Part shown: positions 1 through 9,907 of the stretch, one piece after another
How the letters are laid out: the number at the start of each line of letters is the position of its first letter
Position numbering within the stretch: position 1 is the first letter of the stretch
From: Eubacteriales bacterium
GTDB taxonomy: Bacteria > Bacillota > Clostridia > Oscillospirales > CAG-272
Assembly (NCBI GenBank): GCA_041655935.1
Contig: JBBAEK010000003.1
Location: 45,030-109,029 of the forward strand
DNA: 64,000 bases
Reading direction: 5' to 3'
Program-made: the position numbers and the translations under genes
The notes under the pieces: generated by a model
Database searches by the model: none
The model's input: the letters and a program-made list of their open reading frames with translations, nothing else
What the model was told of the DNA's origin: nothing

Positions 1-355
1 AGGTCTCACCCGGTTTGACACCGATGAGCTCGGAGACCTTGTTCAAAATGTCCCCCGACCCCTTCACATAGCAGGCGGTGCCCAAACACACGGCAATGGC
101 CGTCGCCCCCTTGGGGTTGAGGGTGAACATGGAGTAAAAGGACGCCACGCCGAACACCTCGGCGCTCGAGATATCCATCTCCCGTGCAATCTTTTTCTGC
201 ACCTCGGTGGGAAGGTAGCCGTAAATCTCCTGCGCCTCTTGCAGAATGGGCATGAGCGCGCCCTCGGTTCCCTTATGTTTGGCAATGGCAGCCATGAGTG
301 CCGCATCCTGCTCTGCCGTGCCTCTGAAAGCGACTGTGGTCAGCTTCTTTTTCAT
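1..355 (-). CDS. NuoE/HndA-like thioredoxin-fold [2Fe-2S] subunit of an NADH dehydrogenase/hydrogenase complex (N-terminal 118 codons only; the gene continues past the window start)
   Basis: Absent from the ORF track because it runs off the edge. Own translation from ATG at 355 (GAGGAG 9 nt upstream): MKKKLTTVAFRGTAEQDAALMAAIAKHKGTEGALMPILQEAQEIYGYLPTEVQKKIAREMDISSAEVFGVASFYSMF...CLGTACYVKGSG. This is the NuoE-type pattern. Listed ORF 64..306 is another frame. Confidence 0.7.
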   Translation of the reverse strand, partial: MKKKLTTVAFRGTAEQDAALMAAIAKHKGTEGALMPILQEAQEIYGYLPTEVQKKIAREMDISSAEVFGVASFYSMFTLNPKGATAIAVCLGTACYVKGSGDILNKVSELIGVKPGET

Positions 356-409
356 ACGATTTATCTCCTCATTGTGTTTTCATCATCAAAGAAATCTCAT
401 CCAACATCC

Positions 410-438
410 ATTATACTATACTTGTCGTGAAATGTCCA
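410..438 (-). promoter_or_regulatory. Sigma-A type promoter for the NuoE-like gene
   Basis: On the minus strand: TGGACA (433-438), 17-nt spacer, TATAAT (410-415), about 55 nt upstream of the ATG at 355. Confidence 0.45.
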
Positions 439-504
439 GTACTTTATTAAATTTTTAACAAAGGGATTCTGTGGTTTTTTTGTCGCACGATGCGGCTCAG
501 GCGG

Positions 505-547
505 CACAAAAAAGTGCCTCCCAACCGACAATGCCGGTTCGGAGGCA
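505..547 (-). terminator. Rho-independent terminator downstream of mrp
   Basis: 13-bp stem 515-527 / 535-547 (one mismatch). On the minus strand it is followed by CTTTTTTG (505-513). Confidence 0.55.
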
Positions 548-575
548 ATGGCTTTGTCAGGAAGGCGGTAGCGGC

Positions 576-1406
576 TCAAAGCAGACTTTCCAATTTCTTT
601 GCTGCCGCTTCCATGTAGTCGTTTTCCATCAGCTCGATGATGCCCTTGTCACACAGGGCCGCCAGCTTGGGGTCCAGGGGCACTCGGGCAAGGGTGGGCA
701 GGGAGTGCTTTTGGGAGAGGGCTTCCGCCCGGCCCTCGCCGAACAGGGGATGTTCGTGTCCGCAATCGGGACAAACAAAGTAACTGTAGTTTTCCACCAG
801 GCCCAGCACCGGAATATGCATCATCTGCGCCATGTGCAGCGCCTTGCCGACAATCATGGAGACCAGCTCCTGCGGACTGGTAACCAGGATGATGCCGTCC
901 AGCGGGAGGCTCTGAAAGACGGTGAGGGGGACATCACCCGTGCCCGGGGGCATATCCACAAACATGAAGTCCACCTTGCCCCAGAACACCTCTGTCCAAA
1001 ACTGTTTGACCGTGCCCGCGATGATGGGGCCCCGCCATACCACGGGGGCGTCCTCCTGCTGCATCAGCAAATTCACGCTCATCACTTCGATGCCGGTTTT
1101 AGTTTTGGGCGGGACCATGCCGAACTGACTGCCCTCTACCGTGCCGCCGGCAAGGCCGAAAATCCGCGGGATGGAAGGGCCGGTGATATCCGCGTCTAAA
1201 ATGGCGGTGCGATAGCCCCGCCGCTGCATGGTGACCGCCAACATGGAGGTAACCAGTGACTTCCCTACCCCGCCCTTGCCGCTGATGACGCCGATGACGC
1301 GGCCAATCTCGCTGCCCTCATTGGCGGGGGCCAGCAGTGAGCGGCTCGCCTCCCGGTCGGCGCATTTTTCCGCGCATTGGCTGCAGTCGTGTGTACATTC
1401 TGACAT
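576..1406 (-). CDS. mrp: Mrp/ApbC/NBP35-family ATP-binding Fe-S cluster carrier
   Basis: Deviant Walker A (ISGKGGVGKS), CPDCGH C-terminal cysteine motif, N-terminal Cys-rich segment. AAGGAG RBS upstream of ATG 1406. Confidence 0.85.
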   Translation of the reverse strand: MSECTHDCSQCAEKCADREASRSLLAPANEGSEIGRVIGVISGKGGVGKSLVTSMLAVTMQRRGYRTAILDADITGPSIPRIFGLAGGTVEGSQFGMVPPKTKTGIEVMSVNLLMQQEDAPVVWRGPIIAGTVKQFWTEVFWGKVDFMFVDMPPGTGDVPLTVFQSLPLDGIILVTSPQELVSMIVGKALHMAQMMHIPVLGLVENYSYFVCPDCGHEHPLFGEGRAEALSQKHSLPTLARVPLDPKLAALCDKGIIELMENDYMEAAAKKLESLL

Positions 1407-1469
1407 ACTGTCTCCTTCTCGACATACCTCCCCCTGCCCACGGACAGGGGGAGGCGTTTTGTATTTTTC

Positions 1470-3761
1470 TTAAGACAAAGAGGCTACCTGCAGCTCGTTG
1501 TCCCGCACAAATACCGACACGCCAAAGAGGGGTCGGTGGTGATGGGCAATGATGAGGCCGGCGATCCGGTCCTCCAGCGTCCGCTCGATATACCGCCGCA
1601 TGTTGCGCGCGCCGAACTTGATGGAGAAGGACTCGCGGGCGATGAAGTCGGGGACCTCCTCTGTCCAGGTGAGCTTCACATTCTTGCGCGAGAGCGTCTC
1701 GGAGAGCTGCCCTAACATAATCCCGGCAATCCTCGAAAAGTCCGAGAGACTGAGGGCACGGAAGGTGATAACGCTGTCAATGCGGTTGAGGAACTCGGGG
1801 CGCAGGAAGGTGAGCAGCGCCTTTTCGGTCTTTTCCTTGCCCTCCTTCGCCATATCCTCGCCAAAGCCGGAAACCCGGGTGTTGCGGTCGGAGCCGGCGT
1901 TGGTGGTCATGATGATGACGGTGTTTTCAAAGTTGACCTGCCGGCCTGAGGCGTCGGTGATTTTCCCGTCGTCCAGCACCTGCAGCAGGATGTTCAACAC
2001 ATCGGGGTGCGCCTTCTCAATCTCGTCGAAAAGAATGACGGAGTAGGGGCGGCGCCTGATTTTCTCGGTGAGCTGGCCTGCCTCGTCATAGCCCACATAG
2101 CCCGGAGGGGCGCCGATGATACGGGAGACCGAATGTTTCTCCATAAACTCGGACATATCCAGGCGAATGAGGGTCTCGGGTTGTTTGAACAGGTCCTGTG
2201 CCAGCACCTTGACCAGCTCGGTTTTGCCCACGCCGGTAGGGCCTGCAAAAATCATGGAGATGGGGCTGCGGCGGTAGGACACGCCGGCGCGCTTGCGCTT
2301 GATGGCACGCGCAATGGCGTCCACTGCCTCGTCCTGCCCGACAATGTGGGTTTTGATGCGCTCCGCCAAGGTGTCAAGCTGGGCGAACTCGCTGCGGCTG
2401 ATGTCGGTGGCGGGAATGCCCGTCCAGATCTCTATCACCTGCGCCAGGTCGTCCACGGTCAGCGCGACCTGTTCACAGTGCGCCACCAGTTCGGCATGCC
2501 GCTTGGAAAGCTGATCTTCCCTGACCTTCAGGTCCGCCAGCTCCCGGTAGAACTTATCGGTGTCGGCATCGCCGGCAAGGGAGGCGATCTTGCCCTCCAT
2601 GGCGACTCTTTCCTCCCGCACATCCGCCAACTGCCTTTCCACCCGCCGCTTTTCGTTGATCTCAAGGGTGGACAGCGACACATGCGCCGCCGCCTCGTCT
2701 AACAGGTCGATGGCCTTGTCGGGCAGAAAACGGTCGGTGATATACCGCTCCGACAGGTAGGCTGCCTCATACAGCACCTCGTCGGGAATGCGGATCTGGT
2801 GGTAGTCCTCATAGTAGCCCTTGATGCCGAGCAGCATCTGCTCGGTTTCCTGCACCGAGGGTTCATTGACCATGACGGGCTGAAAGCGGCGCTCGAGCGC
2901 GCTGTCTTTTTCAATATGTTTGCGGTACTCCTTGAGGGTGGTCGCGCCAATCACCTGAATCTCGCCCCGGGACAGGGCGGGCTTTAAGATATTGGCGGCG
3001 TTCATGCTGCCCTCGGCGTCGCCCGCACCCACAATGTTGTGCACCTCGTCAATGACCAAAATGATGTTGCCTGCCGCCTTTACCTCATTGATCAGGCCCA
3101 GCACCCGAGACTCAAACTGGCCTCTGAACTGAGTGCCCGCCACCAGTGCCGTCAGATCCACCAAATGGATCTCACAGTCCGCCAGCTTTTCGGGCACCTG
3201 CCCATTGACAATGCGCAGGGCGAGGGCTTCTGCAATGGCGGTCTTACCCACGCCGGGCTCCCCGATCAGGCAGGGGTTGTTTTTCTGCCGTCTGCACAAA
3301 ATCTGAGTCACCCGCTCCAGTTCCCTGTCGCGGCCAATAATTCTGTCCAGCTTGCCCTCGGCGGCTTTCTGGGTGAGGTCCTGGCAATAGGTGGTCAGAA
3401 ACTTGCGCTTTTGCGATTTGTCATCGGGTTTGGTCTTCTTGTTTTTGCTGTTTCGCTTGGAGCTGACATAGTCGCTGAAAATCTTGGGAAGCTCAATGGC
3501 GGGGGCGCCGCCCTCCTCCTCGTCGTCGTCCTTGGAGTCGGGCAAAGACTCGCTGAGCATGGCCCGCATCTCATTGGCCGCGTTATCCAAATCCTCCTCG
3601 GAAATGCCGATTTTGGACAGCATGTCATTGACAGGCTTAATACCGAGCTGACGGGCGCATTGCAGACAAAGCCCCTCATTGTACGGCTTATTATTTTCTA
3701 TGCGCGTGATAAACACAACCGCAAAGCGCTTGTGACACTTCGCACACATTTGCATATCCAT
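1470..3761 (-). CDS. clpE: Class I Clp/Hsp100 AAA+ ATPase, ClpE-like (N-terminal zinc ribbon instead of Clp_N repeats)
   Basis: Two AAA modules (GEPGVGKT and GPTGVGKT Walker A). N-terminus is CAKCHK...CLQCARQLG (CxxC-x22-CxxC), followed by an acidic/basic low-complexity linker. No Clp_N repeat. Start among M1/M3/M5 is uncertain. Confidence 0.75.
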   Translation of the reverse strand: MDMQMCAKCHKRFAVVFITRIENNKPYNEGLCLQCARQLGIKPVNDMLSKIGISEEDLDNAANEMRAMLSESLPDSKDDDEEEGGAPAIELPKIFSDYVSSKRNSKNKKTKPDDKSQKRKFLTTYCQDLTQKAAEGKLDRIIGRDRELERVTQILCRRQKNNPCLIGEPGVGKTAIAEALALRIVNGQVPEKLADCEIHLVDLTALVAGTQFRGQFESRVLGLINEVKAAGNIILVIDEVHNIVGAGDAEGSMNAANILKPALSRGEIQVIGATTLKEYRKHIEKDSALERRFQPVMVNEPSVQETEQMLLGIKGYYEDYHQIRIPDEVLYEAAYLSERYITDRFLPDKAIDLLDEAAAHVSLSTLEINEKRRVERQLADVREERVAMEGKIASLAGDADTDKFYRELADLKVREDQLSKRHAELVAHCEQVALTVDDLAQVIEIWTGIPATDISRSEFAQLDTLAERIKTHIVGQDEAVDAIARAIKRKRAGVSYRRSPISMIFAGPTGVGKTELVKVLAQDLFKQPETLIRLDMSEFMEKHSVSRIIGAPPGYVGYDEAGQLTEKIRRRPYSVILFDEIEKAHPDVLNILLQVLDDGKITDASGRQVNFENTVIIMTTNAGSDRNTRVSGFGEDMAKEGKEKTEKALLTFLRPEFLNRIDSVITFRALSLSDFSRIAGIMLGQLSETLSRKNVKLTWTEEVPDFIARESFSIKFGARNMRRYIERTLEDRIAGLIIAHHHRPLFGVSVFVRDNELQVASLS

Positions 3762-3804
3762 TCAAATACTCACTAACTTTCAAATAATAGGGGTGGGAGG
3801 TCCC

Positions 3805-4509
3805 TCAAAAAGACAAAATCCATTTCAGGGGGTCAAACTGGTACACATAGCGCGCTATGTAGGTTTTGGTGATGTCGAAGTCGGCAAGAAAGGCGATGTC
3901 GGAGCCGCCGGCAAGACCGATGCCGAACACAAGCAGCTTGCAGGCGATCCAGGCAAACACGGCGTAAAAAGCCAGGCCAAAGACGGCACCGAGTATTTTG
4001 TTGACCTGCTTGAGTCCGGGAAGCTGAAAGAGCTTGTCAATGATGAAGCCCAGGATGCGAATGACAATCAAGCCGACAAAATACAGCGCAATGAATGCCG
4101 CCACAATGGCGAGTGCCCGCGCGATGGGGTCGGTGGCGGCGTCCAGAAAGGTGTCAATGGCATTTTGCCCGGACGAGAGCGCCTCATCCGCCATGGCGTT
4201 CAGTTCGGCGCCAAATAGCCCTGCCAAACCCTTGATGACGGTGGGGACCTGCCCGACCAGCTCCTCGGAGGTGTTGATGCCGACGCTCTCCCCGATGTAG
4301 TCCCGCAGCAGTCCCTTGAGCGGCTCGGCAATCAGATACTGAAAGCGCTCGCCCAGCGGTTTCGCCAAAAAGAAGGCGCAGACCAGCGATGCCACCCGTC
4401 TCAAATGATGAAAAACAAGTTTAATAAAACCGCGTCTGATGCCGATCAGCAAGCCAAACACGACAAAGGCGACCATTAAGACATCCAGCACTAATTGAGA
4501 CCAAATCAT
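3805..4509 (-). CDS. cvpA: CvpA-family integral membrane protein
   Basis: Multi-pass hydrophobic protein (MIWSQLVLDVLMVAFVVFGLLIGIRRGF...), typical CvpA N-terminus. Start re-picked to ATG 4509, with AGAGGTG RBS 5 nt upstream. Confidence 0.6.
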   Translation of the reverse strand: MIWSQLVLDVLMVAFVVFGLLIGIRRGFIKLVFHHLRRVASLVCAFFLAKPLGERFQYLIAEPLKGLLRDYIGESVGINTSEELVGQVPTVIKGLAGLFGAELNAMADEALSSGQNAIDTFLDAATDPIARALAIVAAFIALYFVGLIVIRILGFIIDKLFQLPGLKQVNKILGAVFGLAFYAVFAWIACKLLVFGIGLAGGSDIAFLADFDITKTYIARYVYQFDPLKWILSF

Positions 4510-4568
4510 ACCGCACCTCTTTCTCACGAATTGTGTGTTCAAACGGGCAAATACGGTCTTCCGATTGT

Positions 4569-4597
4569 ATTATACAACAGATTTTGGGGGCTGTCAA
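4569..4597 (-). promoter_or_regulatory. Consensus sigma-A promoter driving cvpA and the ClpE-like gene
   Basis: Minus strand: TTGACA (4592-4597), exact 17-nt spacer, TATAAT (4569-4574). Confidence 0.6.
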
Positions 4598-4608
4598 CCG
4601 AGCGGCAC

Positions 4609-5406
4609 TTAATAATTGTAGAGAATTTTCCCGCGTGCCATCGCCATGGTGTGCACCTCTCCGACCAGCAGCAAATGGCGGCCGAAAAAGGCCAGGCAAA
4701 GGGGGCGCGCCTCTGGGACGACGACCCTCGCCAGCTGTCCCTGGCTGCGGGTATCCACCCAGACCGTCTCGGTGAACGCCGCCCCCTCGAGCACCGCCCT
4801 GCCCGTCACCGCCAAGGTGCGGCCTTCGGAGGAGAGGGCAAGATGGGTGAGCGGGGTGTCGGTTTGGTAACTCATCGTCAGCCTGCCCGACCGTCCGTAC
4901 ACCTGTACGGCTGAGGCATGCGTGGGGTCGTCGGTGAGGACGGCACACGCGCCCGTGTCGGCGGCGCAAAGGGCATACACCGCCCCCTCTGTCTCTACAT
5001 GCCGGACGAGCCGGCGGCGACTGTACACCGAAAAGGCAGGCGTCCCTGTCTCATACAGGTAAAAATAATCTCCCGACAGGACAAGATGGGCTTGGTGGTA
5101 GGGGGTGTCAAAGGTTGCCTCCGGCTCACCGCTGCTACCGTACAGGGTGAGTTGGCCTGCGTCAAAAGAAAGGGTGAGACTGCCAAAGGGCAGCGTAAAA
5201 GTCGCACCCTCGGCATGGGTTTGCCCCTGCTCTGCGAGCAGACGCGTCCGCATGTTTTCATAGAAGCGCGGGCGGTACCACCGCACCCCTGCCAAAACCG
5301 TCCGCGGCAGGGCGTACAGCACGCAACAGAGCAGCAGGCAAATAGACAGCCCGCGGCATGCCGCTTTTGTGAAGGCGGCTATTTTGCTTCGTGTCGACTC
5401 TCCCAT
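4609..5406 (-). CDS. Hypothetical membrane-anchored protein (one N-terminal TM helix, beta-rich ectodomain)
   Basis: N-terminal hydrophobic segment GLSICLLLCCVLYALP, then repeated beta-strand-like blocks. No motif I recognise. Start chosen at the second ATG (5406) for RBS spacing. Confidence 0.5.
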   Translation of the reverse strand: MGESTRSKIAAFTKAACRGLSICLLLCCVLYALPRTVLAGVRWYRPRFYENMRTRLLAEQGQTHAEGATFTLPFGSLTLSFDAGQLTLYGSSGEPEATFDTPYHQAHLVLSGDYFYLYETGTPAFSVYSRRRLVRHVETEGAVYALCAADTGACAVLTDDPTHASAVQVYGRSGRLTMSYQTDTPLTHLALSSEGRTLAVTGRAVLEGAAFTETVWVDTRSQGQLARVVVPEARPLCLAFFGRHLLLVGEVHTMAMARGKILYNY

Positions 5407-5419
5407 GACGGTCATCTCC

Positions 5420-8400
5420 TCATTGCAGTGCCACCGCCGCCTCCCCCAGCAACTCTTTCAGGGCGGCCAGTAAATCGGCGGTCGGCCGGATCATGTACCC
5501 TGCCGCCAGCGAATACCTGTGCGTCAGGCTGTCAAAGAAGACCACCGGCACCCTGCCCGGATGCCCCGACAGCAACTGCAGCGTTTGCTGACAGAGGGGG
5601 GAGGTCAGGGAGGGCAGCTTGAGATAGAGCTTCTGCTCGCCTGCCCTCTCCTGCGGGGCGGAGGCGGTGGAGACGGGGGCAACGGCGGGGTGGTTGCCGT
5701 CTACCCGCCCGCGCGGGGCGGGCGAAGCCGCCGGTTTTGTTCCCGTGACGGCGTTGGTGAGCAGCGGCAGTACCCGGCTCACCATCACCTTCACCTTTTC
5801 GCCCTCCCGAACCGAGAGGTTTCCCTCCACGCACAGGGCGGCGTCCACTTCCAGCAGCGGGGCGTAGCGGTCATACTGCGCGGGGAAAACAATGAGCTCG
5901 ATGTCGCCGCTTTTGTCCATCAGGGTCAAAAACGCCATTACCCCCCCTTTTTTGGTGTGTTTGACCGACTTGGCGGTAATCATGCCGCAGAGGGTGACGG
6001 CCTGTCGGTCGGCATACTCGTCCAGCGCCTCCCCGGTTTCCTCATGGAAAGCGGCAGTCAGAGTAGCAATTCTGTCATGGGGGATGGTGTCAAGGTGCCG
6101 GCTGTAGCTGTCCAGTAGGTGCCCCGAGAAGTACATGCCGGTGGCCTCCTTCTCAAAGGTCAACAGCTCCTTGACGGTGTATTCGGGGATTTGCGGATAC
6201 TCGATGGTCGGCAAGTGCGCCGCTGCCGTCTCCTCAGTGCTGAAAAAGTCCATCTGCCCCGTCAGGTTGGCGCGCGCACGGGCCTGGGCGTCGGCGATGA
6301 CCCGCTCGTACACCGCCATCAGACGGCTCCGGTACACCCCCAGGCTGTCAAAGGCACCGCACTTGATGAGTGCCTCAATCTGCCGCTTGTTCAGGTCGGT
6401 TTTTGCCATACGCTCCACAAAATCCTCAAAGCCGGCAAAGGGGCGATGGGTGCGCTCGGCGATCATCGCCTCGATGAACTGCCGTCCCACGTTTTTGACG
6501 GCAAGCAGGCTGAAGCGAATCCCGCCGTCTGCCACCGAAAAGTGCAGCCCGCTTTGGTTGACATCGGGCGGCAGCAGTTTCACGCCGAACTTGCCCAGGT
6601 CGGCGGTCTGCTGACTGGACAGCAATGCCGCGACATACTGGGCGGGGTAATGGCACTTCATGTAGGCGGTGCGGTAGGCAATCATGGCATAGGCGGTGGA
6701 GTGGCTCTTGTTGAAGGCATACTTCGCAAAACCCGCCATATCGTCAAAGATGCGGCCCGCGCTCTCCCGGTCAATGCCGCCCGCGACAGCCCCCTCAATG
6801 AATGCCCCCCGCTCCGCCTCCATGGCCTCTGCTTTCTTTTTGGACATGGCGCGGCGCACCAGGTCGGCCCGGGCATAGGAATAGCCCGCCAGCCGCCTGA
6901 AAATCTGCATGACCTGCTCCTGGTAGACAATGCAGCCGTAGGTATTGCTTAAAATATCCTCTAAGGCGGGGGTCGCATACACAATGGGTTCCGCCCCGGT
7001 TTTGCGGGCGATGAAGGTATGGATGGACTCCATCGGTCCCGGTCGGTACAGGGCAATGCAGGCGATGATGTCCTCTAATCTGCTGGGTTTTAACTGCTGT
7101 AATACCTGCTTCATGCCGGCAGACTCAAGCTGAAACACGCCGTCGGTGTCGGCTGCGGACAGCAGTCCATAGGTATCGGGGTCGGTGAAAGGGACCTTGG
7201 AGAGCAGAAAATCCGGCTCCCGCTCACGCACCGACCGTTCCGCCTCGGCCAGCACGGTCAGGTAGCGCAGTCCCAAAAAGTCGAACTTGACCAGCCCTAA
7301 ATCGGCAATGGTGTTCATGTCATAGGCGGTGACGCGCAGCCCGTTGTTCACCGACAGGGGGACATACTCCCACAGCGGGCGCTCGGTGATGAGCAGGCCG
7401 GCGGCGTGGGTGGAGGCGTGGCGAGGCATGCCCTCAAGGGCGGCGGCGACATCGATGAGCTCCTTGATGTCGTCCGAGCTGTCATACAGAGCCCGGAACC
7501 CCTTGTCCTGCAATGCGTCGGCAATGGTGATGCCGAGGACACCCGGGACGGCCTTTGCCACCCGGTCCACCTGCGCGTAGGGCATGCCCAGCGCGCGTCC
7601 GACATCCCGCACGGCGGCCTTGGCCGCCATGGTACCGAAAGTGATGATCTGGGCGACATGCTCCTCCCCGTACTTCTCGCGCACGTACTCCATCACCCTG
7701 TCGCGCTGTTCGTAACAAAAATCGATGTCAAAGTCGGGCAGAGAGATGCGCTCGGGGTTGAGAAAGCGTTCAAACAGCAACTCATACGCCAGGGAGTCCA
7801 CGTCGGTGATGGACAGGCAGTAGGCGACCAGACTGCCCGCCCCCGAGCCTCGTCCCGGGCCGACGGCGATGCCGTTTCGTTTGGCAAACCGCACAAAGTC
7901 CTGCACAATGAGAAAATACTCGTTAAATCCCATTTGGTCAATGACCGACAGCTCATGGCGCAGGCGTTCTATGTAGGCGGACCTGGGGTGTTTGCCGTCA
8001 AAGGTGATGTGCCCCTCCCGCACTTTCTCCTCAAAGCCCGTCATGGTATAGTCGATGAGTGTCTGCGCATGGGTTTTGCCCTTTTCGGGGGGGAAGGTGG
8101 GCAGGTAGAAGGTGCCGAAAGTGAAGGAGAACTGACAGCGATCGGCGATTTTGACGGTATTGGCCAGCGCGTCCTTGTCCGCGCCGAACAGTGCCGCCAT
8201 CTCCGCGGTGCTTTTCAGGTAGTACTCGTCGGTTTCAAAGCCGATGGGGCGACCGTCGGTGATGACATTGTTGGTCTGAATACACATCAGGATGGCTTGG
8301 GTGCGGGCATCCTCTTTTTTCAGGTAGTGCACGTCGTTGGTGGCCACCAGCGGGATGCCGGTCTGCGCCGCAATCATGCGGATGCCGCCGCAGACACGGT

Positions 8401-8959
8401 CATCGTCCGCCATCTTGTGGTGCTGCAGTTCCAGATAAAAGCGGTCACGCCCGAACAGCTCGGAGAGCTGTTTGGCGTAGCGAACAGCCTCCTGCATGTC
8501 CCCCGCCAAAATCATGGACGGGATATAGCCTGCCATGCACGCCGACAGCGCAATGAGTCCCTCGTGGTACTCCGTGAGCAACTCGAGGTCAATGCGGGGC
8601 TTGCTGTAAAACCCCTCAATATAGCCGAGCGAGACCAGCTTGCACAGGTTTTTGTAGCCCGTCTCGTTTTCAACCAGCAACACCAGGTGATACCCGGCGG
8701 CGTCCGCGCGCCCTTCCTTCAGATGGCGGGAGCGGGGCGCGACATAGACCTCACAACCGATGATGGGCTTGACCCCCGCCTCCGTGCAGGCACGCCAAAA
8801 AGCCACCGCCCCATACAGGGAACCGTGGTCGGTGAGGGCGACAGCGCTTTGTCCCGCCGCTTTGACCGCCGCCGCTATGTCTCTCAGGCGGCAGGCGCCG
8901 TCCAGCAGGCTGTACTCGCTGTGTAGGTGCAGGTGGACGAATGCTTGGTTGTTGTTCAT
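5420..8959 (-). CDS. dnaE: DNA polymerase III alpha subunit, DnaE type
   Basis: PHP domain start FVHLHLHSEYSLLDG, polymerase core, OB fold and C-terminal tail; 1179 aa. Confidence 0.95.
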   Translation of the reverse strand: MNNNQAFVHLHLHSEYSLLDGACRLRDIAAAVKAAGQSAVALTDHGSLYGAVAFWRACTEAGVKPIIGCEVYVAPRSRHLKEGRADAAGYHLVLLVENETGYKNLCKLVSLGYIEGFYSKPRIDLELLTEYHEGLIALSACMAGYIPSMILAGDMQEAVRYAKQLSELFGRDRFYLELQHHKMADDDRVCGGIRMIAAQTGIPLVATNDVHYLKKEDARTQAILMCIQTNNVITDGRPIGFETDEYYLKSTAEMAALFGADKDALANTVKIADRCQFSFTFGTFYLPTFPPEKGKTHAQTLIDYTMTGFEEKVREGHITFDGKHPRSAYIERLRHELSVIDQMGFNEYFLIVQDFVRFAKRNGIAVGPGRGSGAGSLVAYCLSITDVDSLAYELLFERFLNPERISLPDFDIDFCYEQRDRVMEYVREKYGEEHVAQIITFGTMAAKAAVRDVGRALGMPYAQVDRVAKAVPGVLGITIADALQDKGFRALYDSSDDIKELIDVAAALEGMPRHASTHAAGLLITERPLWEYVPLSVNNGLRVTAYDMNTIADLGLVKFDFLGLRYLTVLAEAERSVREREPDFLLSKVPFTDPDTYGLLSAADTDGVFQLESAGMKQVLQQLKPSRLEDIIACIALYRPGPMESIHTFIARKTGAEPIVYATPALEDILSNTYGCIVYQEQVMQIFRRLAGYSYARADLVRRAMSKKKAEAMEAERGAFIEGAVAGGIDRESAGRIFDDMAGFAKYAFNKSHSTAYAMIAYRTAYMKCHYPAQYVAALLSSQQTADLGKFGVKLLPPDVNQSGLHFSVADGGIRFSLLAVKNVGRQFIEAMIAERTHRPFAGFEDFVERMAKTDLNKRQIEALIKCGAFDSLGVYRSRLMAVYERVIADAQARARANLTGQMDFFSTEETAAAHLPTIEYPQIPEYTVKELLTFEKEATGMYFSGHLLDSYSRHLDTIPHDRIATLTAAFHEETGEALDEYADRQAVTLCGMITAKSVKHTKKGGVMAFLTLMDKSGDIELIVFPAQYDRYAPLLEVDAALCVEGNLSVREGEKVKVMVSRVLPLLTNAVTGTKPAASPAPRGRVDGNHPAVAPVSTASAPQERAGEQKLYLKLPSLTSPLCQQTLQLLSGHPGRVPVVFFDSLTHRYSLAAGYMIRPTADLLAALKELLGEAAVALQ

Positions 8960-8960
8960 C

Positions 8961-9878
8961 TTACTTTTCTTCGCTCAGCAATTGGTGGGCTTGTTTCATG
9001 ATTTTATACAGGCGGTGGTTAAGCCCCGACTTGGTGAGGGAGGGGGTCATGAGCGCCGCCAGTTGCCCCAGCGACAGGTCCCGGTGCTGCAGGCGCAGCA
9101 GGGCGGTCTCCTTTAACTCGGGGGGCAGGAGAGACAGTTTATGCTCGGCAATCAGCCGCTCAATGACCTCAATCTGCTTCATGGAGGCGGACACGGCGCG
9201 GGTGATGTTGTTGGTCTCGCAGTTGGTGACCCGGTTGGCATTGTTACGGAACTCCCGTTCAATCTTGGCATCCATCAGGCCAAATGCCGCCTGGTTCAGC
9301 CCCACCAGCACAAAAAAATCCTCCAAAGACCCGCTGTCCTTGAAATAGAGCAACTGTTCGCCCCGCCGGGTGATGCGTTTGGGAAACAGGCGGCAACTGT
9401 GCAAAAAGGCTTCGATGGCAAGCAGCCTGTCCCCGCAGGAAAACTCCAAATGGTAGGTGAGGGCTGGGTCGGAGACCCGCCCGCACGCCAAAAAAACGCC
9501 TTGCAAAAATGCGCCCTTGCAGCCGTTGCAATGCGCGGTGTCGGGCAGGGTTTGCCCGAGGGCTTCTATGTACCGCCGGGCGGAAGGAGCGGACAAGGTG
9601 AGGGTGTAGGCGGCACGGCCCTGCCCGGAACGCACCAGGGTAGGCTCGGTGCCATACAGGTCCCGCACCAGTGCGCGGACAAACTCCGCCTGCGTAGTGC
9701 CTGACAGAGGCAACCGCACCCCCTCATCGGTGCTTGTCCCCCGCGCCAGCAACATGCCGTGGAGCAACGAGCGTTTACAGCACTTGGACTTCCACTCTCT
9801 TTGGCAGAGGCTGTTTTTGATGGTTTGTGTGAACGAGATGGAGACTCCCTCCTTTGCCGTGTCCTTGATGTGCGACAA
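8961..9878 (-). CDS. whiA: DNA-binding protein WhiA
   Basis: Degenerate LAGLIDADG-like core plus C-terminal HTH (NRVTNCETNNITRAVSASMKQIEVIERL...SLGQLAALMTPSLTKSGLNHRL). TTG start at 9878 with a weak RBS. Confidence 0.88.
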   Translation of the reverse strand: MSHIKDTAKEGVSISFTQTIKNSLCQREWKSKCCKRSLLHGMLLARGTSTDEGVRLPLSGTTQAEFVRALVRDLYGTEPTLVRSGQGRAAYTLTLSAPSARRYIEALGQTLPDTAHCNGCKGAFLQGVFLACGRVSDPALTYHLEFSCGDRLLAIEAFLHSCRLFPKRITRRGEQLLYFKDSGSLEDFFVLVGLNQAAFGLMDAKIEREFRNNANRVTNCETNNITRAVSASMKQIEVIERLIAEHKLSLLPPELKETALLRLQHRDLSLGQLAALMTPSLTKSGLNHRLYKIMKQAHQLLSEEK

Positions 9879-9907
9879 TCCTGCAACCGTTCGCCGCCAA
9901 AACTGTC

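Noticed and set aside
64-306. 80-aa minus-strand ORF at the window start
   Set aside because: Wrong frame of the NuoE-like gene (1-355). The correct frame is open to the window edge and gives a recognisable protein.
7406-8926. 506-aa + strand ORF
   Set aside because: Antisense to dnaE. Same shadow-ORF reasoning.
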